From positions 75,127 to 139,126 of the forward strand of contig CAVVQC010000001.1 of the NCBI GenBank assembly GCA_963750275.1: a stretch of 64,000 bases of DNA, read 5' to 3'. Shown here one piece after another: positions 47,317 to 57,620 of this stretch (the stretch's first letter is position 1; each line of letters starts with the position of its first letter). The notes beneath the pieces were generated by a model. It was not told the origin of the DNA. It did not search any database and saw only the letters and a list, made by a program, of their open reading frames with translations. The DNA is from an uncultured Chloroflexia bacterium. GTDB taxonomy: Bacteria; Chloroflexota; Chloroflexia; Thermomicrobiales; UBA6265. The position numbers were made by a program, and so were the translations under genes.

Positions 47317-47350
47317 CGAAAAACGGCGCAGCTGAATTTCAGCCGCGCCG
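47317..47350 (-). terminator. Intrinsic terminator of the coxL-like gene
   Basis: On the minus strand, CGGCGCGGCTGA-AAT-TCAGCTGCGCCG is followed by TTTTTCG. Confidence 0.8.
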
Positions 47351-47374
47351 GTTTCATTGCCATGTGGGAAATGC

Positions 47375-49726
47375 TCAGGCAGTCGCTTTTCCGTTGACGG
47401 ATGCCTCAGTAATCGCGCGCCAGACCTTTTCTGGTGTGAATGGCAGGTCGAGATGAGTGATGCCCCATGGCTCCAACGCGTCGAGGACTGCGTTGGTAGC
47501 TGTTGGTGTCGCACCGATCGTCGCTGCTTCTCCGATGCCTTTGGCACCCAGCGGATTGATTGGTGTTGTGGTCGTGGTGTGGTAGGTCTCGAACATCGGG
47601 AAACCTTCCGCCTTCGGCATCACATAGTCGTTGAGCGTGCCAGTCAGGATCTCGCCGTTGGTGTCGTACTGAACCTCTTCCCAGAGTGCCAGGCCGATGC
47701 CCTGCGCAAGACCGCCATGGACCTGACCCGTGACCAGCGTTGGGCTGATGATGTTGCCGATGTCATCGACCGACACATACTTGATGAGCTTCACTTCACC
47801 GGTCTCCGGGAATACCTCCACCACGGCAATATGAGTGCCGAAGGGGAAGGTCTCATCTTCCGGGCTGAAGAAATTGGTCGTTTCCAGACCCGACTCCATA
47901 CCGTCCGGCAGCTTTCCGCCGTAGGCGATCTTGGAGACTTCTCCGAGCGTCAGACCGCGAGACGGTACGCCCTTGACCTGGTATTTGCCGTCCACCAGCT
48001 CGATATCGTCGAACGATGCTTCCAGGTTATTCGCAGCAATCTGGATGGCTTTTTCTTTGATCTTGTTGAGCGAGAGCACAAGGGCTGCACCGCCAACTGC
48101 CAAACCACGGCTGCCGCCGGTTCCGTTGCCCTGGGGGGTATTGCCAGTATCGCCGTGATGCAGGATAACTTTTTCGAAATCAGCGCCGATGAAATCCGCC
48201 GCCATCTGTGCGAAGGTCGTTTCCTGACCCTGTCCGTGCGGTGAGATTCCCGTGAAGAGGGTGACGTCGCCACTTGGCTCGACGCGAACCGTCGAGCTCT
48301 CCCACGGACCGAATCCGCAGATTTCCACATAGGATCCCAGGCCGATGCCAATGTATCGACCCTGCTTGCGCAGCTCTGCCTGCTCTTTCCGCAGGTTGGC
48401 GTAGTCGCTGGTCTCCAAAGCTTTGTCGAGCGGCTTCTCGTATTCGCCGGTGTCGTAGCGCTCGCCTGAGAGGGTGGTATACGGGAACTGCTCTGGTTGC
48501 AGGAAATTCGCGCGGCGCAGCTGCTCCGGCTCGAGGCCACCGGCGTCGGCCAGGAGGTCCATCACTCGCTCGAGGTAAAAGGCCGCTTCGGGGCGACCGG
48601 CGCCTCGATACGCGCCATTTGCCATGGTATTGGTGAAGACACCTTCGACGACATAGTCGAGGTTCGGAATCTCGTAGGGACCAGTTGACATGACCCAGGT
48701 CGACCACGCCAATCCGAGTCCCTTGGGGTAGGCACCCAGGTCGAGACAAACACGAGCGCGAAGTGCCGTAATCTTTCCGTTCTCGTCACATCCGGCTTCG
48801 AAATCAGCGATCTGATTGCGGCCGTGATTGGTCGAGAGAAAATGCTCGCTTCTGGTTTCGATCCACTTGACCGGACGATTGAGCTTCATCGAAGCAGCGA
48901 TGATCGTCCAATCCTCAGGGTATACACCGAACTTGGCGCCAAATCCTCCGCCGACCTCGGGGGCAATCACGCGGACCTGATTCTGGGCGAGCCCGAAGGT
49001 GCGTGCGACCTCATTGCGATAGCCATGCGGACCTTGATTCGACACCCAAATGGTCACGCCGCGGGTAACCGGATCGGGAGTCGCGACGATGCCTCGTGGC
49101 TCCAGAGGAACCGGATGGCACCGCGCAGCCTTGATGCGTTCCTTGATTCGGATGGGTGAGGCAGCCAGCGCAGCGTCGACATCACCATGGACGGTTTCGT
49201 ATTTCACGCCAACATTGTTGGGATTCGTGTCGTAGATGCGCGTCGCGCCATCTTCGCGCGCGGCATATGGATCGATATAGACCTCGAGCGGTTCGTAGTC
49301 GACCATTACAAGCTCGGCCGCATCGTCAGCCAGGGCGCGGGATTCAGCGATAACCGCCACAATCGGTTCGCCGATATACCGGACCTTGGATCGAGCCAAT
49401 GGTTCGACAGACGGGACAGGGATCTTTCCTGCCTCGGCCGGGCCCCCTTCGGCGGAAGGTCCTTCATCACCACCAGTTGCCACATATTTGCTGGGAAGCA
49501 CATTCTCCAGGTCCGCGGAGGTCATGACTGCGATGACACCCGGCATGGAAAGTGCTTCAGACGAGTCGATGCCTTTGATGTTCGCGTGGGCGTACATGCT
49601 CCGAACGAAGGCAATGTGCACCATACCGGTGAGCTGGAGGTCATCGACATAAACGGACGAGCCTGTGATGAGCCGTGGATCCTCGCGCCGTTTGACCGGG
49701 GCGCCCATGTACTTGCGTAGAACCAT
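47375..49726 (-). CDS. Molybdopterin-binding large subunit of the xanthine dehydrogenase/CO dehydrogenase family (form II CoxL-like)
   Basis: 783 aa. The N-terminus is GAPVKRREDPRLITG...Y.DD. The active-site loop GAYRGAGRPEA is the AYRGAGR (form II) variant rather than the form I VAYRCSFR. Confidence 0.85.
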   Translation of the reverse strand: MVLRKYMGAPVKRREDPRLITGSSVYVDDLQLTGMVHIAFVRSMYAHANIKGIDSSEALSMPGVIAVMTSADLENVLPSKYVATGGDEGPSAEGGPAEAGKIPVPSVEPLARSKVRYIGEPIVAVIAESRALADDAAELVMVDYEPLEVYIDPYAAREDGATRIYDTNPNNVGVKYETVHGDVDAALAASPIRIKERIKAARCHPVPLEPRGIVATPDPVTRGVTIWVSNQGPHGYRNEVARTFGLAQNQVRVIAPEVGGGFGAKFGVYPEDWTIIAASMKLNRPVKWIETRSEHFLSTNHGRNQIADFEAGCDENGKITALRARVCLDLGAYPKGLGLAWSTWVMSTGPYEIPNLDYVVEGVFTNTMANGAYRGAGRPEAAFYLERVMDLLADAGGLEPEQLRRANFLQPEQFPYTTLSGERYDTGEYEKPLDKALETSDYANLRKEQAELRKQGRYIGIGLGSYVEICGFGPWESSTVRVEPSGDVTLFTGISPHGQGQETTFAQMAADFIGADFEKVILHHGDTGNTPQGNGTGGSRGLAVGGAALVLSLNKIKEKAIQIAANNLEASFDDIELVDGKYQVKGVPSRGLTLGEVSKIAYGGKLPDGMESGLETTNFFSPEDETFPFGTHIAVVEVFPETGEVKLIKYVSVDDIGNIISPTLVTGQVHGGLAQGIGLALWEEVQYDTNGEILTGTLNDYVMPKAEGFPMFETYHTTTTTPINPLGAKGIGEAATIGATPTATNAVLDALEPWGITHLDLPFTPEKVWRAITEASVNGKATA

Positions 49727-49983
49727 GCTTTGCGTGTCCTCCGGGAATTGCTCGGGAGATACGCGGAATCCCGCCTCCGAAGCTCAGATGTGAACCTGGT
49801 GAAATTGTAACGGCTCGTGACGGGATCCGAGTCGGTCACGTCACGAACGGGATGGGCAACTTTCGTCTTCGTGCACCGCGATGGTAACTACCGCTTCCAT
49901 GGGGGAGATGCATCGTGGCTATCGCATACTGTGCAACTACATGAAGGTACCGTGGTGACTCTACAGACGAGGGATTCCGAGAG

Positions 49984-50934
49984 GTGAACGTGGAGTTTAC
50001 GTTCGATGGCGTGCAAAATCTGTTGTTCAGCGTCCTGGACGGGGTCTTCGCCTTTATCGTTCTTTTCACGTTCCTCGGAATCGGACTCCGTGTCACCGAG
50101 TGGGTGCTTCGCCGTGTGGTGGCACGACGCAAATACCTCATGCGCGGTTGGGACTACCGAGGGTCTGACGATAAGCGCACGGAATCTATCACACGCGTCT
50201 TATTGACGGCAGCGCGCGCCATTTGGGGGCTGTTGGCCATCATTCTGATATTGGGCAGCTTTGGGGTAAATCTGGGCTCGATTCTCGCAAGTGTCTCGCT
50301 TATCTCCATCGCGCTCGGTTTCGGAGCGCAATACATGGTCCGCGATTATCTCTCGGGGCTCCTTATTCTCACGGAGGATCAGTATCGCGTGGGAGACTCG
50401 GTCGAGATCAACAAGATCTCTGGAACCGTCGAGGACATGCGGCTTCGACTCACGGTGCTTCGTGATGGGGACGGAACCGTCCATCACATTCCCAATGGCG
50501 AAATTCGCGTCGCTTCCAATAAATCCAAAGAATTCAATAAGATCAATCAGGTGGTGACGGTCGGCTACGGGACCGATGTCAGCCTGGTATTCGGAATCAT
50601 CAATCGTCTCGGAGCCGAGATCGCCGCCGAACAACCATGGAGCGAATTCACGCTTGCGCCGATGCATGCCTCGCGAATCCAGGAGCTCAGCGACAAGGGC
50701 ATCGTTATCAAAGTGAACGGCGAGACGATACCTGGAAAGGGCGGAGCGGTCGAAGGCGAATTCCGTTTACGCTTAATGGACGCATTTGCGGCTGCTGGAA
50801 TCGAAATTCCGTACCCGCAGATCGTGGTGCACCGCGAGCACGCGGTGCCCACCATGCAACCTACCTCGACCAGGCAGCTCACCGACCGAGCGACCACTGA
50901 CGACGAGCACGACAAGGACGATCTGAACTCATGA
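49984..50934 (+). CDS. Mechanosensitive ion channel (MscS family)
   Basis: GTG start. LGFGAQYMVRDYLSGLLILTEDQYRVGDSVEI....GTVEDMRLRLTVLRD.DGTVHHIPNGEI. Confidence 0.88.
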   Translation: MNVEFTFDGVQNLLFSVLDGVFAFIVLFTFLGIGLRVTEWVLRRVVARRKYLMRGWDYRGSDDKRTESITRVLLTAARAIWGLLAIILILGSFGVNLGSILASVSLISIALGFGAQYMVRDYLSGLLILTEDQYRVGDSVEINKISGTVEDMRLRLTVLRDGDGTVHHIPNGEIRVASNKSKEFNKINQVVTVGYGTDVSLVFGIINRLGAEIAAEQPWSEFTLAPMHASRIQELSDKGIVIKVNGETIPGKGGAVEGEFRLRLMDAFAAAGIEIPYPQIVVHREHAVPTMQPTSTRQLTDRATTDDEHDKDDLNS

Positions 50935-51215
50935 GCGATCAAGACAACGCGAAACAAGGTATCAACGTTTGGATCGACCCAAAGCGCTGTATCTCGAACG
51001 CCAAGTGCACCACCGCAGCGCCGGGCATCTACGTCATGGACGAGGAAACGCAGATTGCAGAGCTGGTTGATTTCGAAGGCGCAACCTTGCAGCAGCTTTT
51101 CGCGGGAGCGAGGGCATGCCCCACGCAGGCGATCATCATCGAGCAGTACGGTCGGCGCGTCTTTCCCACCATTCTGACGCCAATGTACGAAGCACCGGGC
51201 TCGGACGACGACTGA
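50931..51215 (+). CDS. Small single-cluster ferredoxin ([3Fe-4S]-type C-x5-C...CP pattern)
   Basis: IDPKRCISNAKCTTAAPGIY...ARACPTQAIII. There is an ATGA overlap with the mscS stop. Confidence 0.7.
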   Translation: MSDQDNAKQGINVWIDPKRCISNAKCTTAAPGIYVMDEETQIAELVDFEGATLQQLFAGARACPTQAIIIEQYGRRVFPTILTPMYEAPGSDDD

Positions 51216-51241
51216 CGGGGAACGACGCGCTCGAGGTGGGT

Positions 51242-51577
51242 CTAATACTTGCCCTCGTCGTGTTTGTCGGTGTAGGCATGTCGCAGCTCGTCCTGGCTCA
51301 TGCCTTTGTCACCGAGTGAGGCTGGTTTCACATCAGTGCGTCCGTGCAGATAGTCACCGATCCTGGTGAGCTGATCACGGCTATGGTCGTCAGGTGTCGA
51401 TCCCGCGTTCTTGATATGGGTGTCGGTTAGCTCGACCGATTCAAGCATGCGATCGGTTTGCTCTTCCGATGGCCATTGCTGCTGATCGAACCAGAGGCTG
51501 AAATCGGCATACGAGATAGCGCCGCTGGCGAGCTGGTCGTATTTGGCCTTGAGCTGCAGTTCGAGGTCGGTCGACAT
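51242..51577 (-). CDS. Hypothetical protein (111 aa)
   Basis: The ORF has a plausible RBS (AAAGGAA) downstream of the groEL terminator. I recognise no family. Confidence 0.45.
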   Translation of the reverse strand: MSTDLELQLKAKYDQLASGAISYADFSLWFDQQQWPSEEQTDRMLESVELTDTHIKNAGSTPDDHSRDQLTRIGDYLHGRTDVKPASLGDKGMSQDELRHAYTDKHDEGKY

Positions 51578-51628
51578 GGGATTCCTTTCGCTTAACCAGA
51601 GATGACGCTTTTACCGTGCGAGTTTCGC

Positions 51629-51666
51629 AGAAAAAGAAACGGCCAGAGCACATCGCTCTGGCCGTT
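51629..51666 (-). terminator. Intrinsic terminator after groEL
   Basis: On the minus strand, AACGGCCAGAGC-GATGT-GCTCTGGCCGTT is followed by TCTTTTTCTG. Confidence 0.85.
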
Positions 51667-51690
51667 CCAAATGTTCGTGAAGATGCTGGA

Positions 51691-53331
<1,641 letters not shown>

Positions 53332-53365
53332 TCAATAACTAGAAGCGAGTAACCAGAAGAGGGCC

Positions 53366-53680
53366 TTACGCCCCGACGATTGCCAGAATGTCTTTTTCGG
53401 CCAGGATGAGCAGGTCGGCATCGTCGAGCTTGAACTCGGTGCCGGCGTATTTGGCGAAGAGCACTTGATCGCCGACCTTGACATCCATGGGGATGCGATC
53501 GCCGTCATCGTCACGACGACCCTGGCCGATGGCCAGGACGGTGCCGCGCTGTGGCTTTTCCTTGGCAGTATCGGGCAGGACAATGCCGGATTTAGTGGTT
53601 TCCTCGCGGCCGAGGGGTTGAACGACGACACGGTCGCCGAGGGGAGTGAGCTTCAAATCGGCAGGAGCCGCAGTAGCCAT
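53366..53680 (-). CDS. groES: Co-chaperonin GroES
   Basis: ATG 53680 lies 7 nt after [50 protein letters not shown]. Confidence 0.95.
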   Translation of the reverse strand: MATAAPADLKLTPLGDRVVVQPLGREETTKSGIVLPDTAKEKPQRGTVLAIGQGRRDDDGDRIPMDVKVGDQVLFAKYAGTEFKLDDADLLILAEKDILAIVGA

Positions 53681-53755
53681 GAACATACCTCCAGAACAAG
53701 ACGTTGGGAGCGCACGCTCCCGCCAATTGGTACTGAAGAAAGGCTACAGGATTTT

Positions 53756-53782
53756 TTAGCACTCTGCAAGGGAGAGTGCTAA
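53756..53782 (-). promoter_or_regulatory. CIRCE operator (HrcA binding site) upstream of groES
   Basis: Exact match to the consensus TTAGCACTC-N9-GAGTGCTAA (TTAGCACTCtgcaagggaGAGTGCTAA), 75 nt upstream of the groES ATG. Confidence 0.9.
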
Positions 53783-53803
53783 CGAGGGATTTCGGACGTC
53801 CTT

Positions 53804-55000
53804 TTACGCGACCAGCGAAAGACCGAGGATTCCGCCGAGATCCCGAAGAATCTGCTGCGCTGCTGCGACATCCTGCGATGCACTTGCACCACGAATTCCG
53901 TCACTCAATTCGATCAGCACGGCGATGGCCGTCGGGGTATCGAGGTCGTTATCCATCGCAGACAGAAAACGATTTTGATACTCAGCCGCGTCAAAGGCAT
54001 CGTGATTTGCATCTGACGGGAGCTCGTTTGCCATTGCCAGGTCTTTGGCCACGGCCTGCCATTCCATGATCTCGCCGTCGATATATTCCCAGGGATGTCG
54101 ATAGTGGTGACTGAAAAGGTAGAGGCGGAAGGCATCCGGTGAATACTGTTTGAGCTCGTTGCTCACCAGTATGAGATTGCCGAGCGACTTGCTCATCTTC
54201 TCGCCCTGATATTCGACCATGCCCACGTGCACCCAGTAGTGCACAAAGGGCTGGACACCGGTTGAATTCTCCGCTTGAGCAATCTCGCACTCGTGATGCG
54301 GGAAGATCAGATCCGAACCACCACCGTGAATGGCAAAGGACGGGCCCAGATATCGGGCCGCCATGGCACTGCACTCGATATGCCAGCCTGGACGACCAAC
54401 ACCCCACGGAGAGTCCCAGGTTGGCTCGCCGGGTTTGGCTGCTTGCCACAGGATGAAATCGAGCGGATCGCGCTTGTTCGGATCATCCGGAACGTTGCCG
54501 CGCTCATTGGCGACCGGCAGCATTTCCGCAAGCGTCAGGTGGCTCAGCTTGCCGAATTCCGGATCTGCTGCCGCTGAAAAATAAACCGAACCGTTGGATT
54601 CGTAGGCCAGTCCCTGTTCGATCAACGGGAGGATCATATCGATCATCTCTGGCGTGTGATCGGTTGCTTTGACGTAATAGTCGGGCTCCCGCCACCCGAG
54701 TGACTCCATATCATGAAGAAAGCGGCGCGTCTCGCGTTCTCCTAACTCGTCCCAACCGATGCCGAGCTCTTTGGCCTTACGCAGGATATCGTCGTCGATG
54801 TCGGTCACGTTTTGTACGTAGGTCACCGGTTGACCGAGATAGGCGAGATAGCGCATCAGAATGTCAAAGGTCAAATAGGTGAACGCATGCCCGGCGTGTG
54901 TCGTGTCATAGGGGGTTACTCCGCAAACGTAAAGGCCGAGCGGATCGACACGGATCTCGACGTCTTCCAACGTCCCGGACTGCGTATTGAACAGGCGCAT
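53804..55000 (-). CDS. cysS: Cysteine--tRNA ligase family protein, short form (398 aa; lacks the usual C-terminal extension)
   Basis: From ATG 55000 (RBS GGAGAGAGGAA). LYVCGVTPYDTTHAGHAFTYL (HIGH-like), YVQNVTDIDDDIL, GRPGWHIECSAMA, GGGSDLIFPHHECEIAQAE, and KMSKSLGN. It ends about 48 aa after DNDLDTP. Confidence 0.85.
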   Translation of the reverse strand: MRLFNTQSGTLEDVEIRVDPLGLYVCGVTPYDTTHAGHAFTYLTFDILMRYLAYLGQPVTYVQNVTDIDDDILRKAKELGIGWDELGERETRRFLHDMESLGWREPDYYVKATDHTPEMIDMILPLIEQGLAYESNGSVYFSAAADPEFGKLSHLTLAEMLPVANERGNVPDDPNKRDPLDFILWQAAKPGEPTWDSPWGVGRPGWHIECSAMAARYLGPSFAIHGGGSDLIFPHHECEIAQAENSTGVQPFVHYWVHVGMVEYQGEKMSKSLGNLILVSNELKQYSPDAFRLYLFSHHYRHPWEYIDGEIMEWQAVAKDLAMANELPSDANHDAFDAAEYQNRFLSAMDNDLDTPTAIAVLIELSDGIRGASASQDVAAAQQILRDLGGILGLSLVA

Positions 55001-55215
55001 ACCGTTCCTCTCTCCGCGTGTGCAACGCCGGAGTTTGCGAATCGTCAAACGACGTCGATGCCCACTTGTGCGCCAGAAGGGAAGATTGCCCTCTGCGTCG
55101 CCAGCGCAGCCGATTTCGATGGGCGAGTATACCTGAGGGGGTGGGGCGTTTCGGACTCGATACGCGAATCGCCCGAGTACCATAGCGTTTGCTCAGCACG
55201 GGGTCTGCTCTATCG

Positions 55216-55923
55216 ATGAAGCGCTCATTCACCAAAGTCAGCAAGTTCTGGACCATCACCCGCAGTGGGCGAGCGGTCGGAGCGATCCTGCTCCTCCTGG
55301 TTCTGACAGCCTGCGCACGAGGCGAATCGGTCAATCCGCTGATACCGACGGCGACTTCGCTTCCCGGAAGTCCGGAACCCACGACATCGCCGCAGGAGGC
55401 GCGAAAACCTTGCGATGACGGAATCATGCAGGTTAACGACGTCGCTGCGATCGACGCCGTCTGGCGAGATCAGCTGGAGGAACCGGCCGATCTGGCGACG
55501 GCATGGCACGATGACGCGCAACTGGTTCAACTCCGGGTCTCCTGCGCACTGTTTGGGGCAGGTTTTCGCTTACAGCCGAGCTATTTCTCGGCTCAGGCGC
55601 AGGCGTTATTTGCCGCCGATACAGGAGAAACGCAGCCCGTGAATCTCGATCCGGCGTTGGTCGACTCGCTTCCGGTCGACTCGATTGATTTTGGGCGAAT
55701 TGCTGACGCGCTTATCGAGGCGGATTTTACCGGCGATCTTCGGATCGATCCTTCGACCGGGATTGACGTGCGCATCAACAGCGAACAAGCTCCATTCGGT
55801 CCGACTACCGTGCCAGTCGGAGCAATGGTTGCGCATGTATCGGTTCAGCAATCGGGGCAGATCAAGGACATCTTCGTCGACGAACAGACTGGTGAGATCT
55901 ATCGTTTCGAATCGCCCGCCTAG
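55216..55923 (+). CDS. Hypothetical lipoprotein
   Basis: MKRSFTKVSKFWTITRSGRAVGAILLLLVLTAC has the lipobox L-T-A-C. An alternative ATG lies at 55189. Confidence 0.6.
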   Translation: MKRSFTKVSKFWTITRSGRAVGAILLLLVLTACARGESVNPLIPTATSLPGSPEPTTSPQEARKPCDDGIMQVNDVAAIDAVWRDQLEEPADLATAWHDDAQLVQLRVSCALFGAGFRLQPSYFSAQAQALFAADTGETQPVNLDPALVDSLPVDSIDFGRIADALIEADFTGDLRIDPSTGIDVRINSEQAPFGPTTVPVGAMVAHVSVQQSGQIKDIFVDEQTGEIYRFESPA

Positions 55924-55957
55924 GAGGAACAGATGACAATTCTTTCACCGCTCGAGA

Positions 55958-56764
55958 ATGTGGTCGATCAGGTCGGTCGCAGTGTTGCGTAGAAATCCAG
56001 CGGGCCTGTTTACCGATATCGACGGCACAATCAGCCAGGTCGCTCGGGTTCCGTCCGAGGCGTTTGTTGCGGAACCTCCGCGGGCTTCGTTGCGTTCGAT
56101 ATCGTCGGCAATCTCGATTGTCGGAGCGATCACCGGACGTGGCGCAGCCGACGCGGCCAGCATGTTGGGCCTGGATGGAACGGTGGTCATCGGCAATCAC
56201 GGATACGAACGGCTGCGATTGGGCGAGCGGCTCATTCACCCGTCGGCACTCGGTTCTCGCGCCAGCGTTGCGACAACCTCCGACCTCCTGCTTGGAATTG
56301 TGGAAGCGACACCACAGTTAGCCGGTGTGGTGGTGGAGAACAAAGACCTTTCGGCATCAGTGCATTACCGGTTGGTCGAGGATCAAGGCCGAACGGTCGA
56401 ACTGCTTCGACAACTCGTGGGCGCCATTGCCGAGCTCCACGAGTTGAACGTCACCGACGGCAAGTTCGTCTACGAGATTCGTCCCAAAGCCATCGTGAAC
56501 AAGGGCACTGCGATTCACGATATCTCTGTCGAGCTGGGTTTGGCGGGAGTGGTTTATCTGGGAGACGACGTTACCGACGTCGATGCGTTCCGCGCGCTCA
56601 CGACGCTACGGTCTTCCGAAATCGAGACGCTTTCGGTTGGGATCGTCTCTGCGGAAACGCATGCGGTCGTACGTGATTCGGCCGATATCCTGATCGATGG
56701 TGTGGAGAGTTGTGTCGCTCTGCTGGCAGGTGTCGCAGAGCGGCTGTCGCCATTAGTCGACTGA
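55958..56764 (+). CDS. otsB: Trehalose-6-phosphate phosphatase (HAD-IIB, OtsB-like)
   Basis: GLFTDIDGTIS (motif I), GNHGYE, and LGDDVTDVDAF (motif IV). The start is problematic: see the finding on the SD-preceded ATG at 55933 in another frame. Confidence 0.75.
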   Translation: MWSIRSVAVLRRNPAGLFTDIDGTISQVARVPSEAFVAEPPRASLRSISSAISIVGAITGRGAADAASMLGLDGTVVIGNHGYERLRLGERLIHPSALGSRASVATTSDLLLGIVEATPQLAGVVVENKDLSASVHYRLVEDQGRTVELLRQLVGAIAELHELNVTDGKFVYEIRPKAIVNKGTAIHDISVELGLAGVVYLGDDVTDVDAFRALTTLRSSEIETLSVGIVSAETHAVVRDSADILIDGVESCVALLAGVAERLSPLVD

Positions 56765-57409
56765 TGTTTCGTCGACCTTCAGGACCGCGGATCGGTCGAG
56801 CGCGGCAAGCAACCGGTGTTGTGCGCCGGTGATGGTCAGATCGCCCCTGGTGCGCTCGAGCACCGCGCGCAGGCCGTCTGTCGTGCGTCGCAGCCCACCT
56901 GTGAGCCCATCAGGAAAATCGACTGTCACGAGGAATGCGTAAATTTCGTCCATGCGCGCCATGAGCTGCTCGCCTCGCTCGAAATCGTCCTTGCGTACCG
57001 CGTCGAGAATTTGGCGTCGAAGCTCGCTTGCCGACTCGGCTAGTGCGTTCAGGTAGGGCGGGTCGTCGACTCCGAGCTGCTCGGGTGTCGGGATGGGGCG
57101 GTTGGTGACCAGTGCGAGGGTAATCGCTGCCTCGCTCAGCTCCCTCATCGGGTCCTGCACGTAGCCGGCCCATCGAATGCCGGGGTGCGACGCGACATCG
57201 CTGAGCAAGGAATCCAGAATGCTACGAGCTTGTTCGAATAGTTGCGCGGCCGTATCGAATTCATGCCGGTGGGTTGCGCGGATAGCGTTCGCGCTCATTC
57301 GCACGATCTGCCGGCCTTCGTTGAGCGCACGGTCGCGGAGCTGATTCTGCGCGTCCAGCCGCTGCAGAATCGCCGGGCCGATGGTTTCGAGTGGCGAAGT
57401 TTGCTGCAA
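56753..57409 (-). CDS. Translin-family protein
   Basis: 218 aa and all-helical. R.IVRMSANAIRATHRHEFD.A..L...A, Y.GYVQDPMRELSEAA, and PPYLNALAESASELRRQILDAVRKDDFERGEQLMARMDEIY resemble the translin/TRAX pattern. This is from recollection, not a search. Confidence 0.6.
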   Translation of the reverse strand: MQQTSPLETIGPAILQRLDAQNQLRDRALNEGRQIVRMSANAIRATHRHEFDTAAQLFEQARSILDSLLSDVASHPGIRWAGYVQDPMRELSEAAITLALVTNRPIPTPEQLGVDDPPYLNALAESASELRRQILDAVRKDDFERGEQLMARMDEIYAFLVTVDFPDGLTGGLRRTTDGLRAVLERTRGDLTITGAQHRLLAALDRSAVLKVDETSVD

Positions 57410-57446
57410 AGTGTTCGTCCTGATCGATTGCTCAACGGTTTTCTGT

Positions 57447-57476
57447 TTGACGGCGAGTGTCCGTCAATGCTAGCCT
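57447..57476 (+). promoter_or_regulatory. Candidate promoter for tRNA-Ala (TTGACG-N18-TAGCCT)
   Basis: -35 TTGACG at 57447..57452 and -10 TAGCCT at 57471..57476, 20 nt upstream of the tRNA. Confidence 0.35.
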
Positions 57477-57496
57477 AATCTCTGCCTTTTTGGCGC

Positions 57497-57569
57497 GGGG
57501 CTGTAGCTCAGTTGGGAGAGCGCAACACTGGCAGTGTTGAAGTCAGGGGTTCGAGTCCCCTCAGCTCCA
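57497..57569 (+). tRNA. tRNA-Ala (anticodon GGC)
   Basis: Acceptor GGGGCTG/CAGCTCC with the G3:U70 identity pair, anticodon loop CTGGCAG, T-arm AGGGG-TTCGAGT-CCCCT. Confidence 0.9.
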
Positions 57570-57580
57570 CAAGGATGAAA

Positions 57581-57615
57581 AAGCCGTCGCGGATCCTCGA
57601 TCCGGGGCGGTTTTC
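57581..57615 (+). terminator. Probable terminator after tRNA-Ala
   Basis: Imperfect hairpin GCCGTCGCGGATC-CTC-GATCCGGGGCGG followed by TTTTC. Confidence 0.5.
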
Positions 57616-57620
57616 GCATT

